NCBI GenBank assembly: GCA_963514005.1
Contig: OY740807.1
Span: 14,136,001-14,200,000 of the forward strand
Source: Raja brachyura
Lineage: Eukaryota
Reading direction: 5' to 3'
DNA length: 64,000 nt
This document shows positions 51,196 through 64,000 of this stretch, in pieces (position 1 is the first letter of the stretch; each line of letters begins with the position of its first letter). A model generated the notes under the pieces. It had not been told where the DNA came from. It searched no databases and worked only from the letters and a program-made list of their open reading frames with translations. The translations under genes and the position numbers were made by a program.

Positions 51196-54100
51196 ACATC
51201 TGCCCATCGTCACCCTACAAACCGCGCGCAACACATAATGCAGCACTCCAAACGCAATTGTCCCAGGAGCTTGCTGTCAGCCCCTGTATAAATCAACACT
51301 CACTTTCAGTGCAAATCTACAGCCTGAAGTAGCCTATTTATATAAAATCAGCAGCAATCTCCGACCACAATCACACTGGCCAACACAATCTCGTAGATGT
51401 AAATGTACAAAACAAACACAACATCACAGTTCCCTGGCTCTTACAAGTCATCCCAACAATCGACACGCGTGTATATTCATGCTGCTGTACCCCCGAAATA
51501 AATAACATTACAACAGGTATTCATCTCCCTCTTCGACTAAATCCACTTCGTGCTCGGACATTCCTCATGCAAAGAAGTCCAAGTCAAGCAACAATTAATA
51601 TCGATCACTTGCGTCAGCACATTGCCACTATGTGAAGCAGGCCTTAGATTAAACCTCCTTGCGAGCTGCAATGATTTCCATTGACTTTCAGCATTGAAGT
51701 GTGATAAACAGCATAGAACAACGATGTATGATTATGTCGGAGGTTATAATCGCAGTTTATGAAATTGCTGTTCTAAACAGTCCAGTGTTGCAATAGGTTC
51801 TGGAAATTCGGGAGACAGGCAATGCCCATGAAAACTGTTCACTTTAATTGTTGTTTCAATATAATAAAGGGTTCATTTTAGAATAGTCAACGAAAAGAAA
51901 ACACGTACATTCATGTCAAAGATTGAACGAAATGCATCGGAGTTGCTTTCCTAATATTTCGCAGTGTTTTGTAAGTTAGCCATCCAAAATGGAAACGTAT
52001 TTCTATTTTATTGGTCCTTTCTTTTCCTGTACCAATCTAGGGTCTGGTCTGGCTAGTTTGAATCTGACTTTTCCATGTGCTTTCAGTAACCTCGATAATG
52101 AGAAAGGCGGAAATCGTTTACCTGGGGAATCATGATGAGGAAATTAGAGCATTGCGGATTATTTGAGATGGTCGTAAAACGGCGGGACAAAGAAACAACA
52201 AGGAGCCACTGTCTGGGACCCATTAGGGTGTTTCAACGGGTTCCCCGGCGCACATTAGGCTGCCAACTGGACCCTACAGTACAGACAACCATCACCAAAA
52301 GCAATCACCACCGACCAACCACCCCACCCCCATCCGCCCCAAAAAAGTTGCGCGATTTTACCAGGATCTGCGTTTGGCCTGAGAGCTCCTGTCTATCCTG
52401 GCCCAACCTCGCTGCTAAACTACAGGGAGCATTCAGAGGGACAACCGAAAATTCCAGGGTGCCTCCGAAAGAGAAATATTGAAATGTACCGAAGGGGTTG
52501 GAGAACTGGAAAATTCGTCACCGCTGAACTCACTCCAGGCGGTTTTAAAGTTTATTCCAGTGAGTTTTTTTCTATTGTTATTTTCCCATGAAAGTCGTGT
52601 GTTGCTCCTGATAAAAAAATTTAAAGTTTTTATTTTTAACTGCTAGCGGGCATACACAAATATGCGTGTTTCCAATACAAACAGCTCAATTTAGTGTCAT
52701 CAGATAAAAGCAACATTTCCCACGCAAACCTCCAGTTTATATGAGAAGGGAGGAACGTGATGAACTCTCAACAATGAGAGATTGTATACAAATAGTCAAG
52801 TTTATAATCTCATTTCTCGCCATCATTCAGATGTCGGTTTAAGCAATGTAGTGGCTGCTTCATGAGTTGTGGGTGAAGACTGAGAGCTAATCTGATTTAG
52901 AATGGAACTGTGGATAGACAAGGTTAAATTCTCATTCGAGACACCGTCTTAATCCACCATGCCCAATATCCTGCTCAGCGGTTTAACACGAGCAATGCAT
53001 AAACTGTGGGCGCGGAGTTAATTCTCTACCCCGCGATTCTATAAATTTAAAGGCAGACAAGTTGGCGATTATTCTCAAGTAACTGTTCTCTACACCACTA
53101 CAATTGGTACTCTGTTCATTCTGTGTTGGGCCCTGGCTGCCTTTGTGGGATTGGACCGTTATTCAGCTTACATTTTTTTCTCTTTCCCAAACCAATTGAA
53201 CTAATGGCCTCAAAGTGTTTTCACTTTATCCAAATGTATATCTCCGCAAGCGTCCTCCCTGCCCGCCCTCTGGTAAAGAGGAGCAAATATTGAATATGAA
53301 AAAATTTAACTATAAATGTGAAATGTTTTTAAAGCCAAGTCATCAGCCGGCGGAATATGAAAACAGTAAGCCCAATACTAATTACCAATGGAGTTAACGT
53401 TTCCAAAAAACGTTTAACCAGTTACATCTAAGGCTGGGCGATTTGTATGAATTGCTTTAGTTTTCAATACAAGGACGATTTGAAATGATTTGCGCGTTGA
53501 TTATTAATAATGACATTTTAAGGTTTATTCTAATGAATCAAGATTCATAGCTAAATGTTTCCTATTCACCGACCACCTCAAAGTTCCAAAGACAAGAGTA
53601 GGTGGTTTTCATCTAGTCCAAAACTATGTTGCTAAAATATTATAGGTTTGAGAATTATTCAGTTCTGACCATTGTCGTACAGAGAAAACGTGCTGGTGAG
53701 CTTGCGTTTCCCACTCGGATATTAATGTTGCCACAGGAAAGGAGTGTACATTGATATAATAACTGCGAATTGTGTAGTCACAGCTTGTCCGTCCTTTGCT
53801 GTGACAACATTCAAAGGATAAAAAAAAATAGAATTAAAGGCATCAATTGAATCTACAATTAACGAATAAAAGATGCCCCGAAATTTCTCCTTTACTTCAT
53901 TCACTCGCTTCCATGAATTAGAAACATCATTCTAAGCTTGATGATATGACAGATTGTTAATGACGTTGAATTAGAATTAGAGACATAATAACGGGGCGGG
54001 GAAAATAATGCAAGCGTTATGACATTTTTTACTAAGTTTCTTTGAAACATCACGACGGTAACGGAAGAAAGTAACGATAATTCCTAGGCCGAAAATGTGT

Positions 54101-56189
54101 GCTTTTGGTGCCTAATTAAATGCCAGATAAAGACAACGGAGTTTTAGTTCAGAGAAATAAATTGGAGTTCAACCTACTCGTGAAGCATCTTAGCAAATAT
54201 CAGGAGTCAACTTCAGTCGACTGGACAATATTCCCATTTTTCGATCATTGCCTTTGTAACGTTGACTATTATCGTTCGAAATGAGCCTTCTGATATTGGC
54301 CAACAACTTAATTAATAATTAGAAATAGGCGAGCGAAGGATTAACCGAGAATGGACGGATTAGCCCGGAATACAACTCCGCTCACGGGCATTAGAGGTTT
54401 GTTGCCCTGTTTCTTAAGGGTCGGTTAACCTTCGGGTCCATTCTGGAGATACCGCTCCTTGTTCGCACCGACCGATACTGATATTTATCCAGGCCACAAT
54501 GCACAGATTTCACGTGTATATAAATTGTGAAGTTACACTAATTAATCCTCATCCCCTGAATTATTACTAAGGCATTCAGTACAGCGAATTTTAACTTTTA
54601 GAATGGTTAAATATCACTATAATAGCCGTCGTATCTCTCTGATTTCGATGAATGTATAAGAGCAGAGTTTAGCTTATTAGATCCCTTAATTGGTGAATTT
54701 TGGGGGGAAATAAAATGTAGGACGCAGAGAAGCTGTGCCGTTGTCCTCGGTTAAAGAACTGCGTTTGAGATATAGGCGGCTGGAATCCCCCAAAACTCAA
54801 AATACGTTTAAATTAAGGTCAATTATTCCAGCAAATGCGCACTTGAGTGTTGCGGGATGCACTTTAATTAGGCTCGGTTCCCAATATAACCACTAATTGC
54901 CTGTGATTATTTAAGTAAACTTCATTCAAAGGGGCGGCAATCGACGGGTAACGCGGTGTCACTGTTCAACAGCACACGGTCAGGGACACATTCCCTCTCC
55001 AAGGCCAGGACAACTTGCTGTTGTTTTGTCGCACCGTGGCCACGCGGCATGTAGATGCTGTGGAGCTGTGTGGGGACGTGCAGGAAAGTAGTGAGCAAAA
55101 GCGTCAGGAAAATTCATTTCAGCCAAGAATGATTGGGAGCGAGTTCGAATTAGGCCTGGTTGTTCATATTCTAAATCCTGCAATTCACATTTCTCCTAGA
55201 AAGACGAAATAATATCTACTTCTTTATGTGTAGCAGGCATGAAAATTCAAGATTCCCCAATCCACAGAATCCAGCTATGTTCGGGGGACAGTTTGCTAAC
55301 GGTCCGAGGTCTTGCTAAACTTAAATTGCTAAAGACTTTTATTTGAGTTTATTTTTATTTGACAATTCTTATTTTAAAGTTCTCTATTATTCTCTCAAAT
55401 TAACTAGCGTGTGACTAATGTGGAAGACGCGTTTTTTTTCTCTAAACTGTTCAATCCACACCCAAAGTTTATTTTTCAAAAATGTATCTCCCAGAACTAA
55501 ACATTAATAGATCCACACACGTCAGTCAACAGTCACCTCTGCTCCAATCATCACTCCTGACTTTCCCCCTACGCCCATTCGCCATCGCTAATGGAGGAAA
55601 TCGGAATAAACGTACCCTTCCTCGGCGTTGAATTTTTAAATTTGGACAAGAATCGTGTTTACAACCGGGGATTGTTTTTAGGCTGGTCTCGGCAGTCCTC
55701 CCGCCTCACCCCGCCCCCGCCAAATTTATAAAATGTCCTTTACATTCCTGTACCCATTGAAAGAAAATGATTTAATGATATTGCTGAAATCTATTATCGA
55801 CGACCCTCCCGGCATAAATCATCCAGATGTGAGAAAATTGAACGCCTGGCCCTGTATTGAAGCAAGTTTATTCCACGGTAACAGGTCAAGTGCATTTATA
55901 CATTTTTATATCACACTGGTTTTAGGTGTAATAAATAATCATGATAAACAAGTCTCCGTCTACGTACACTGAACCTTTAGGTGATTTACTATTTTAGTCG
56001 AGCAGGATAGTGGGAGGGGGGCGAAAGTATGTTTTGATTTTTAAACCATTCAACTTCAGTATGAAATGATCTGCAATAGAAAGTTTTGGGACAGATTGGA
56101 GTGGCGGCCTTATTGCAATTGTTACACGGTTGTCACATGGCAGCTTAGAGTCCAGTGAATGGGTTTTTAATCGAGATTTTCCAAAACGT

Positions 56190-56288
56190 CAAAAAAGACA
56201 CATAGTACTGGAGTAACACGGTGGGCCGGGCAGCATCTTTGGAGAACATGGATAGGTGACGTTGCGGATCAAGACCCTGCTACAGACA
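56190..56288 (-). mobile_element. Penelope-like pLTR fragment
   Basis: gacacatagtactggagtaac...ggataggtgacgttgcggatcaagaccctgctacagac. Confidence 0.7.
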
Positions 56289-59200
56289 GATTCCAACAAG
56301 CCGGTGGCGACTAGGATTCCGACTTAACGTAACGTAGAATCTGCCCGAATCAGGGAACCCGGGGACGGTGCCGAAAACCCCACGATTCAGGAACTCGGGA
56401 ACCTTTTTGCCATTCCTTCCGCTAAAAATATAATTCTAATGGGACATGACTGTTAATCGCCGCATCATTTACATTAACAAAAACAAATGATAAATTAACC
56501 AAAGTCCCATTTGCACACCAGCACACCAAAACATGTGGACATTTATGAAACCTACAGATTCTCCCCCAAATCGGTTCCATGGCATCTTATCTTATTTCAT
56601 AGGAGTATTTTGTTTCTTAGAAAATTGGGCACGTGATGGCTAGGATTCTTTCTGTACCTGAATGTAACTACTGAACAACAGAGGAGAAACTGTGATCAAG
56701 CCCAACACTAAACTCAAAATCCCACCATTCACTTTAGAAAATACCAATCGACGTCAGTGCACACAGAAAAAAAAACAATAGTGTTGCCCAACTCTTACCC
56801 ACTCTCTCTGAAAGGGCACATTCAGCTTGGATGCTGTGTTTGTTTGTATTGTTTCACTATAAAATTCTTACAGATACAGTAACAGTCATCCAATATAAAC
56901 ACTCCCACAACTTGAGTGTTTCACTTTTACCGCCCCCGCTCACGGTTCTCGCTTCCGAACTCATTGCCACTTCCCTTCTTTCTGCCTGTTAGTCGGTGTC
57001 CTGTGTGCTGCCACTTTCTTCCAGTGACATCCTGCACCCAACCCCCACCTCTCACTGGTCTCCCTCCTATTTATCATCCTCTGTCATCGCTGTCAGACTT
57101 CCAACCAACCAGACAATGATCCCAAAGTTAGTTGGATACTTCAGATGGAAAATCTCGTTCTTTGATCTCCTGTGTTCATTTTAAACGCCGCGTGCATTGA
57201 GAATTAGTTAGAACTTGTCAGCTTAACGCCGGAAAGTATCATTTCAATCCAGATATTAATATCGGGCCATTCGGGTTGTATTCAATTAAATTAAAGCTCG
57301 TTTGCTGGCTGCTGACATTCTCAGTGCGGCCTGTCGGTTAGACCAATAAACTGGAAAACAATTCTTCAAATTAAACCTGAATTAAAAAACTACTCTGCTT
57401 TCTACATTTACGCTTGCAAGTTTGATTTTTTTTTAAACCCCTCTAGTTTTTTGAGAAAGTTCTTACCTAACGCGTACTGTCTTTGCAAATAGATAATCCA
57501 GCGTTTCTTGGCTAGGTTGATGAGCAGTCCAATGCCGTGGTAAATGGTTCTTAAACAGAGGGCCTCGTTCCTTCAAAAGGAATATGCGTAGCAGCCAGGG
57601 GTTGGGAGCTTCGCTGAGTTTAACACTGAATTTTATCTGCGGAGACTCCCCTGTCACGTGACGCAAAAATCGACCTTACTGGAATTTAATGAAACGAGTA
57701 TTTGGAAAGGGGGGGCGGGGGGGGGGGGGGCTTTCAAAGAGAGTGTAGCGCGAAACCTTTCAGCAAAATCAACCCCTTTAATAAAATCTCTGAGAGCGGG
57801 AGATGGCTGAACAAATGTATTTCCAGCCCTTCTGTTTTTTTTTATTTTAGACTTCCAGCAGTTAAAAAAAAAACCGTTCATACTAACGATGACAATTCTA
57901 ATAAGTTTATTGGGAATTTTACAGAACTAAAAAAAGTTGTGACATTTATTTTCAATGACTGTTATATGAAATCCATTTAGACTATTTCTGGGAAGAGGGT
58001 CTAACAAATAAGCAGCGAACCAGGCAAAGATATTTGGGGGCAACAATTAAATGGAGGCAGAAGTTCGACCTGAGTATATTTTTAATTTCCTTCTTCTCCC
58101 TTTAATTAAGAGCGAGCCCTGGGTTGTGCAACCCACCGCTCGCATCACTGGGGTGCTTCACTGTACAAAAGCTGAATGACGTGGCTAAGTAGTCTCACAC
58201 CTACCGACCGACCCCACCTTTTCCAATCCCCTAAAAATGTGCCACGGCCAGAAACCTCACTCACCTGTCAAACCAAGGAAACTCCCGCTGTGTCCCCAAC
58301 AGAAATCCGTCCACTTAGTTTTGCTTTAAGTTTGAAAGAGATAATTAGTATCAGAAGGGATTTGAAACATCGCACCCAATTAGGAGCTGATAATACATAA
58401 TAAACAATTGGTCAATTCAAGAGCCATATTTATAATCGGAAAGAGATTTTATTAAACATGTGCAATCCGAAATTTGTGGTAAAATTATTAATTCAATTGA
58501 GTACAATAGAACATTTTACTATCAGGTGTTAATTAAAAGCATTATTTACTGAGTTTAAATGTGTATATGTGGACTCAAAGCTCAGGAGGAAAATTATACT
58601 TTAATCGTGTTATTCCAATGTCTCTCTGCTTCCTAATTCTGTGCTCAGGGGCAGATTTCGACTTTATTTTAATATCTCGGATGGATGATGGAGAGCGAGG
58701 ACTGTTCAATTTCACCGGTTATTCAGACATTTTCCAATATTATGGGTTTTTTTTAATTGATGTAAATGTCCTGAAAGAAACAACCCCCCCCCCCCCCGTC
58801 ATCGCGATGCCCCTTGCACGTTTTCTTCGGCTTTTTACTCAAACATTTCATTTCAATTCCGTACGAATACATTGTCACCATTCTCTTGCATTAATAAGTA
58901 TTTGCTTGTATAACAAAATTTTGTTTATGTGCAATTACAGTATTTTATAGTTTGTATTAAATAGGACTCCATAGCCAATTCATGATCTGATTTCACCGTG
59001 TCGTAAAACTAGTTACTTCTTAATTGCTTTCTATATTTATGTCCACGATAAGAAAGGCTTTCTTATTTACTGCTGGGCCCGATGCTGCCGGACCAGTGCC
59101 CTGTTCATTCCATGGACCCTGCTGAATAAGCTGAAACTATACTGAGACAGCTACTATATGAGTGCTTTAGAAAGTTGTTTTCTAATAGTGGTGCCTCACG

Positions 59201-59476
59201 TCCATTCAAGGGATCACTGGCCGGTTGACTCAGAATATTAAAAAAAATACGTATACGTGGAAGCATATTCCCGATAAATCAGATTGTATTCCTTGATGGT
59301 AAAATTATATAATGAAAACATTGTATTATCGAGTCGACTAATAGACCATTCAAATTCATTGGCTGTTATAATAACAGAATATATTTTTTTAAATTGTGAA
59401 TAAAATGTATTTGGATATTTTAGATTATTGCTGTGCTGTTTGCACGCTTTCTAGATGCAGGATCTGTGATGTTAAC

Positions 59477-59610
59477 AGCAAAACACAAAATGCTGAAGAA
59501 ACTCAGTGGGTCAGGCAGCTGAATTAAGATGCTGCCTGACATGATGAGTTCCTCCAGCACTTTGTGTTTTGGTCGAGATTCTGCGGCATCTGCAGTTCCT
59601 TGCTTCTCCG
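59477..59610. mobile_element. Fold-back Penelope-like pLTR element
   Basis: caaaacacaaaatgctg...tcaggcagc-tgaattaagat-gctgcctga...cagcactttgtgttttg. Confidence 0.8.
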
Positions 59611-60134
59611 TGCAAAGTTTGATGTGAAGGCTATAATGTGGCGATGTCAAAACATTCGCAATTGGATTAAAGTTGCTTAGTATTTGGAGTGGGAGCCCCA
59701 TTGAGAGAGTGAGCGAGCGAACCGTGTCGGTAACCACATCCCCGTGCTGCGGCACAAGACAAACCCGGGGATGAAGAAGCCACTGCGACAGGGCTGACAC
59801 CTCGGCCGCATATCGAGGGCAAGTTCACCGTGCAAGAGTTATTTTTCCCACTAGCAATCGATGAACGGAGGATTAAGCCGAAGGTGTTGTTTGTTTTAAA
59901 AATGTTCAAGCAAGCGTGGGGAATGAGGAATACGCAACTTTAGGGGATCGACTAAATTCTCACAAGTCAACCAGAGCACAAGAGGGGGAGCAGTCGGTCG
60001 GCCTGAGGTGGATCAGCAATGAGGTACAGTTGCGCGCTTGAACGAGTGCACGCCATTTATCATCAAACACTCCAGGTGACTGGGAATGGAGGCAAAGATA
60101 GACCATTCACATAGATTTTTGGACCAATGTTGAA

Positions 60135-60265
60135 AAAAAATGCTGGAGGAACTCAGGGGTCAGGCAGCATCCGTGGAGGGAATGTGCAAACGACGTTTGG
60201 GTCGGGACCCTTCTTCAGACAGATAGGAGTATGGGGGGAGGGGAAGCTGGTATAGGGGAGGGGGA
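60135..60265 (-). mobile_element. Penelope-like pLTR fragment, hammerhead missing G12
   Basis: Reverse complement gtctgaagaagggtcccgacccaaacgtcg. Confidence 0.8.
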
Positions 60266-60594
60266 GATGACCTTTAAGGTTCCATTTTAGGATTTGATTG
60301 GAAAACCTTATCATGAGGTTAATGCCAATTGTATGATAAAGTATTCCATTTGCTGCAATCGTCCAAAACAATATAGCAATGCTTTCTTCAATTGCCATTA
60401 GCTGAGGTTTTGGGACCGTTTTAAGATTCAAATTCAAAACTATTCGCCATTTGATTCTGGTGAAAATAGAACGTAGAATTTGTAAAATATGTTAAGGTAA
60501 ATATATATTTAAACTAGCAGCCGGAGAACAAGCGATGAATAAGCCTCTGGGACGCCAACATGTAAACTTACATTCTCCGATAAATCACACGGAG

Positions 60595-60905
60595 TTTTCA
60601 CTGGTGGAAGAGTCACTAAGAAGGGGGCACAGTTACACATGAAGCGTTGGTCATTTATAACTGATGTACCTAGATTTTTTTTCACCCTCTGGGTAATGAA
60701 TATCCGGGATTCTCAGCCCCAGAGGGTTGATCAGGCGCGTCATTAGATACACAAGACAGATATATACATCATATTTTTTAATCGTGGATTTAAATTCTGG
60801 GGAACCAGATGAGCAGAGGCCAGTGCAAATCAGTCATGGGCATATAAAATGGTGCGGCATGCTTGAGGGGTTTTCTAGCCCACTCCAGCTCCTATTTTCG
60901 TATGC
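60595..60905 (+). mobile_element. Decayed CR1 3' end
   Basis: actaagaagggggcacagtt...tttttcaccctctgggtaatgaatatccgggattctcagccccagag. Confidence 0.55.
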
Positions 60906-61334
60906 TCTTGTGATCTTGAGTGTCACATAGGATATCTCCATTGCGAATAAAAATGCAGGTACGTCAATTAAATCTGTAGATTACAGAGTGAAACATGTGT
61001 CTTGCAGCGAGAACATGCATCTGCAGAATGGAACCTCATTAAAAGCTCATTACTCTAGCTCATTATTAAACGTTCACTGCTAGGAACTTTCTCCGAACTA
61101 ATCGCGTAGCTGAGTTTAAACCTCCATAATGTGGCCCTTATAATAACAGCCCCAGGAGTTTGCACTAACCAGACCTAGGCCCACAATGAAATGCATACAC
61201 TATATCGTAAGATTCATTATTCAGATAATGGGTTCATTGGTAACGTTGATATTTTAGAGAGGGGCGTCTCAGTGGTGAATGAATGAAAACGAGCCCTGAT
61301 ACCACCGATATAAAACGCCGCAGCCAACTTGACA

Positions 61335-61545
61335 TAAAAACAGAAAAGGCTGAAAACACTCAGCTGGTCAGGCCGCATGTGTGGGAAGGAAAACGGCCGA
61401 CATTTCAGGTCGAAGAGTCTAATAAATTATGTTTGCATTTTTGATTTTCATGGAAGTTTGTACACCCGAAACGTTGATCGTTTCTCCCTCCACGGGTACT
61501 GCCTGACCTGCTAAGTAATTCCGGTATTTTCTGGTTTTGTTTCAG
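61335..61545. mobile_element. Older fold-back Penelope-like pLTR pair
   Basis: Minus arm 61335-61420; plus arm from cccgaaacgttga at about 61465. Confidence 0.6.
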
Positions 61546-62267
61546 AAGTAAATTCGCAGCATCAATTGAATGTAAACAAGGCTCATCCCGAGAATCTGGC
61601 CGTGGTCTCCTTACTTTGGATACGAGATTCCCAGTTTTCAGGGAAGCTCGCGGGCGCTTTCAATTTGCAAAAGCGATGACCCCTTAAAACCAGCCTCCAG
61701 TCAGCCTGCTTCGAGATAGACGGGACATACAGGTTACAATCCCAGCGTTTCTACGCCGCACCCCATGACAAATTGTCACCCGTATAAAAAACCGTATTGT
61801 AATTGAAATAAGTTAAAATCAAGGATGGTTCGCTGACGTAAAATATCTGCGGATGCTGGAAACCTAAATTAATTATCATCTCCTAATTTCGGTACCCCCT
61901 TCAGGACGGGCAATTTCTGAGGAAGTGGTTGAGCGGTGGGGGTGTTAAGGAGGCAAGATTTTCGACATTTGCAGTTTCTTCTGTCTCCAAGACTCGAGGC
62001 CAGTGTCTGGGAAAACGGCGTGGACCCGCCCCCCCCCCCCCCCCCCCCCCTGTTTCCATCGAATGATATAAAATAATGACAACACAGGAAAAGGTCATCG
62101 CCTCTATATCCAAGTTCACAGCTCTTGGCTCGCGGTTCTGTGATCACTCAAGTTTACTTTAAACAGTTTTACAATGCCGCAGAGTCCATCTTCCTATCAG
62201 GTAGCGAGGTCCAGAATCCCAACAACCTCCGGGTGAAAGGATTCTCATCTCTAATGGAGAAAAGGTA

Positions 62268-62590
62268 ATGTTTAATTGTCCTTTACACTGACGATTGAAC
62301 AATTACATTCTTACATTCTGCACCTTTACAGGCCCATTAGCGTAATAATACAACAAAATACATATACAATAAATCAATAATGCCATAAATCAATAATCAG
62401 TAATACTGGGTGCCCAGGGCGTAATAGAGCAAAATCCCGGTACGTATTGCAACCGAAGCAAATTTCATCGGAGCTCATTGTTGCAGAGGTAAGTTTGTGC
62501 TTGGTATTGTGTGGTGTTCAGGAGCTTGTTACTGGGAAGAAGCTGTTCTTTAACCCGGAGGTCATGGTTCTCAGGCTCCCGAACTTCTAT
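62268..62590 (-). mobile_element. Rex1/Babar-like LINE 3' end
   Basis: gggaagaagctgttctttaacccggaggtcatggttctcaggctcc (reverse complement SLRTMTSGLKNSFFP). Confidence 0.65.
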
Positions 62591-62773
62591 CGTTCTACCA
62601 ATAGCGTTAAGTCTGATAACATCGTGTTGTAGGAAAGCAGAAATATAATCGGAAAGGAGCAGGAATTACTCAGAGAATCAAGTTTCAGGTCAACATTCAT
62701 TCATCAAGGGCATGCCACTGGCCTGAAACATTCCCTGAGACACAATTTGCATTCTCTTTCATCAACTTTCATC

Positions 62774-62807
62774 GGTCTGAAGAAGGGTCTGGACCCGAAA
62801 CGTCACC
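62774..62807 (+). ncRNA. Minimal type I hammerhead ribozyme motif within a Penelope-like pLTR (62774-62858)
   Basis: GGT-CTGAAGA-A-GGGTC-TG-GACCC-GAAA-CG-TC|ACC: stem I GGT/ACC, stem II GGGTC/GACCC, GUC cleavage triplet. Confidence 0.7.
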
Positions 62808-63624
62808 CGTTCCTTCTCTCCGGAGATGCTGCCTGTCCCGCTGAGTTACTCCAGCATGTTTCATTCTCCACAAACGCTGCCGGATTCTGTGAGAATCTCT
62901 ACCATTTTATCCGCGCTGGGGACATTGCACGGCGCGCCCTTGTTTTTTTTTTTGCAATAATTTGAACACTTACTTCCACTAACAAATGTACATGAACTAT
63001 TTTTCTGCAATCGAATTATACAACGCTATGGGAGGCCATTCGGTCGTTAGTATTCCGTCTCTTTGAACGCGCTGACCAATTGATTCTCTGCTCTTGCCAA
63101 ATGTATACAAATCCCACCTCAAAGTTCCGGTTGAATCTGATTCTATCATCTCTTTAGGCAGACGCTTTCAAATCGCAGCAACACGCAGAGTATAATAAAA
63201 CCACACTTATCTCCCCCTTTGTCTGTTTTCCAGTAAACTCCGTCTGCTCCGGTTACCGACTCACCAGGCACATGGGACCGATTTAGTTATCCTACGCGAA
63301 CTTGGAATATTATTGTTAACCACACAAAGAGGGTAAAGTCCTATTTAGCTGGAGATAACGCCATTCACTACCTCTTGACCCATAATTGTGGCTCGATGTG
63401 CCATTCGAAGTATATTTTGTGGTTTGTTGCGGAGAAAAAAGAAACGATACAATCAATTAGCACAGAGCAAGATCCAATAATTAACAAAATGATAGGGGCC
63501 TGGCTGCTGGATCGACGTTAAACAGGACTCTGTGTACAATAGATTTTATATTTTCATTGAAGGGATGTGGGTTTTGCAGGCTGAGACAACATGTAATTAC
63601 CCACCACATAAAGGAACACAGCGT

Positions 63625-63736
63625 CGCATCTGTAGAGGGAATGGACAGGCGACGTTTTGTGTTCGGACCCTTCTTAAGCTCTTCCAGCACTTTGTGTATT
63701 TCTCAAAATTCCACCCTCGGCAGATTCTTGTGTCTT
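63625..63736. mobile_element. Fused inverted Penelope-like pLTR fragments
   Basis: gcatctgtagagggaatggacaggcgacgttt...gacccttctt then tccagcactttgtgt. Confidence 0.7.
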
Positions 63737-63744
63737 AATGTAAA

Positions 63745-64000
63745 CAACTACAGGACTGCTTGGAGTCTGTGAACTGGGCAATGTTCAAGGACTCGGCAAC
63801 GGACCTGAATGAATACGCCACAGTCGTTACAGACTTCATAAGAAAATGTGTGGAGGACTGTGTTCCAACAACAACATTCCGAATGTTTAGGAACCAGAAG
63901 CCTTGGATGAACCACGAGATCCGCATACTGCTGAAGACCAGATCTCGGGCATTCAGGTCTGGTTACGCAGAGGTCTGTAAGAGTCCAGATAGGACGTTGA
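63745..64000 (+). mobile_element. Rex1/Babar-clade LINE ORF2 (endonuclease-RT linker), open to the window end
   Basis: Own translation, no stop before the window end: QLQDCLESVNWAMFKDSATDLNEYATVVTDFIRKCVEDCVPTTTFRMFRNQKPWMNHEIRILLKTRSRAFRSG. Confidence 0.85.

Overview
This is eukaryotic, repeat-rich genomic DNA, most likely from a cartilaginous fish (batoid skate or ray). That call is inferred from the repeat families present: HE1-type V-SINEs, CR1/HER1-type LINEs, DeuSINE/SacSINE1-like elements, RTE and Rex1/Babar LINE relics, and Penelope-like elements. I cannot support any intact host protein-coding gene, rRNA, tRNA or CRISPR array; nearly all listed ORFs are repeat fragments or chance ORFs. 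The main signal is a dispersed Penelope-like system: three GIY-YIG endonuclease-bearing 3' ends plus about 20 short pLTR copies. These carry a minimal type I hammerhead ribozyme motif (CTGAAGA-A-GGGTC-NN-GACCC-GAAA-CG-TH), intact at 28504-28538 (-) and 62774-62807 (+), and many copies are arranged as fold-back inverted pairs. Also present are a near full-length but disrupted CR1 ORF2 (22640-26010), a probable non-autonomous Helitron (32432-33853), and a near-perfect 110-bp palindrome created inside an old LINE (31829-31938). CpG content rises sharply after about 41 kb, in a region with enhancer-like AT-rich blocks and a candidate minus-strand promoter. There are two assembly gaps. Repeat boundaries are by-eye estimates.
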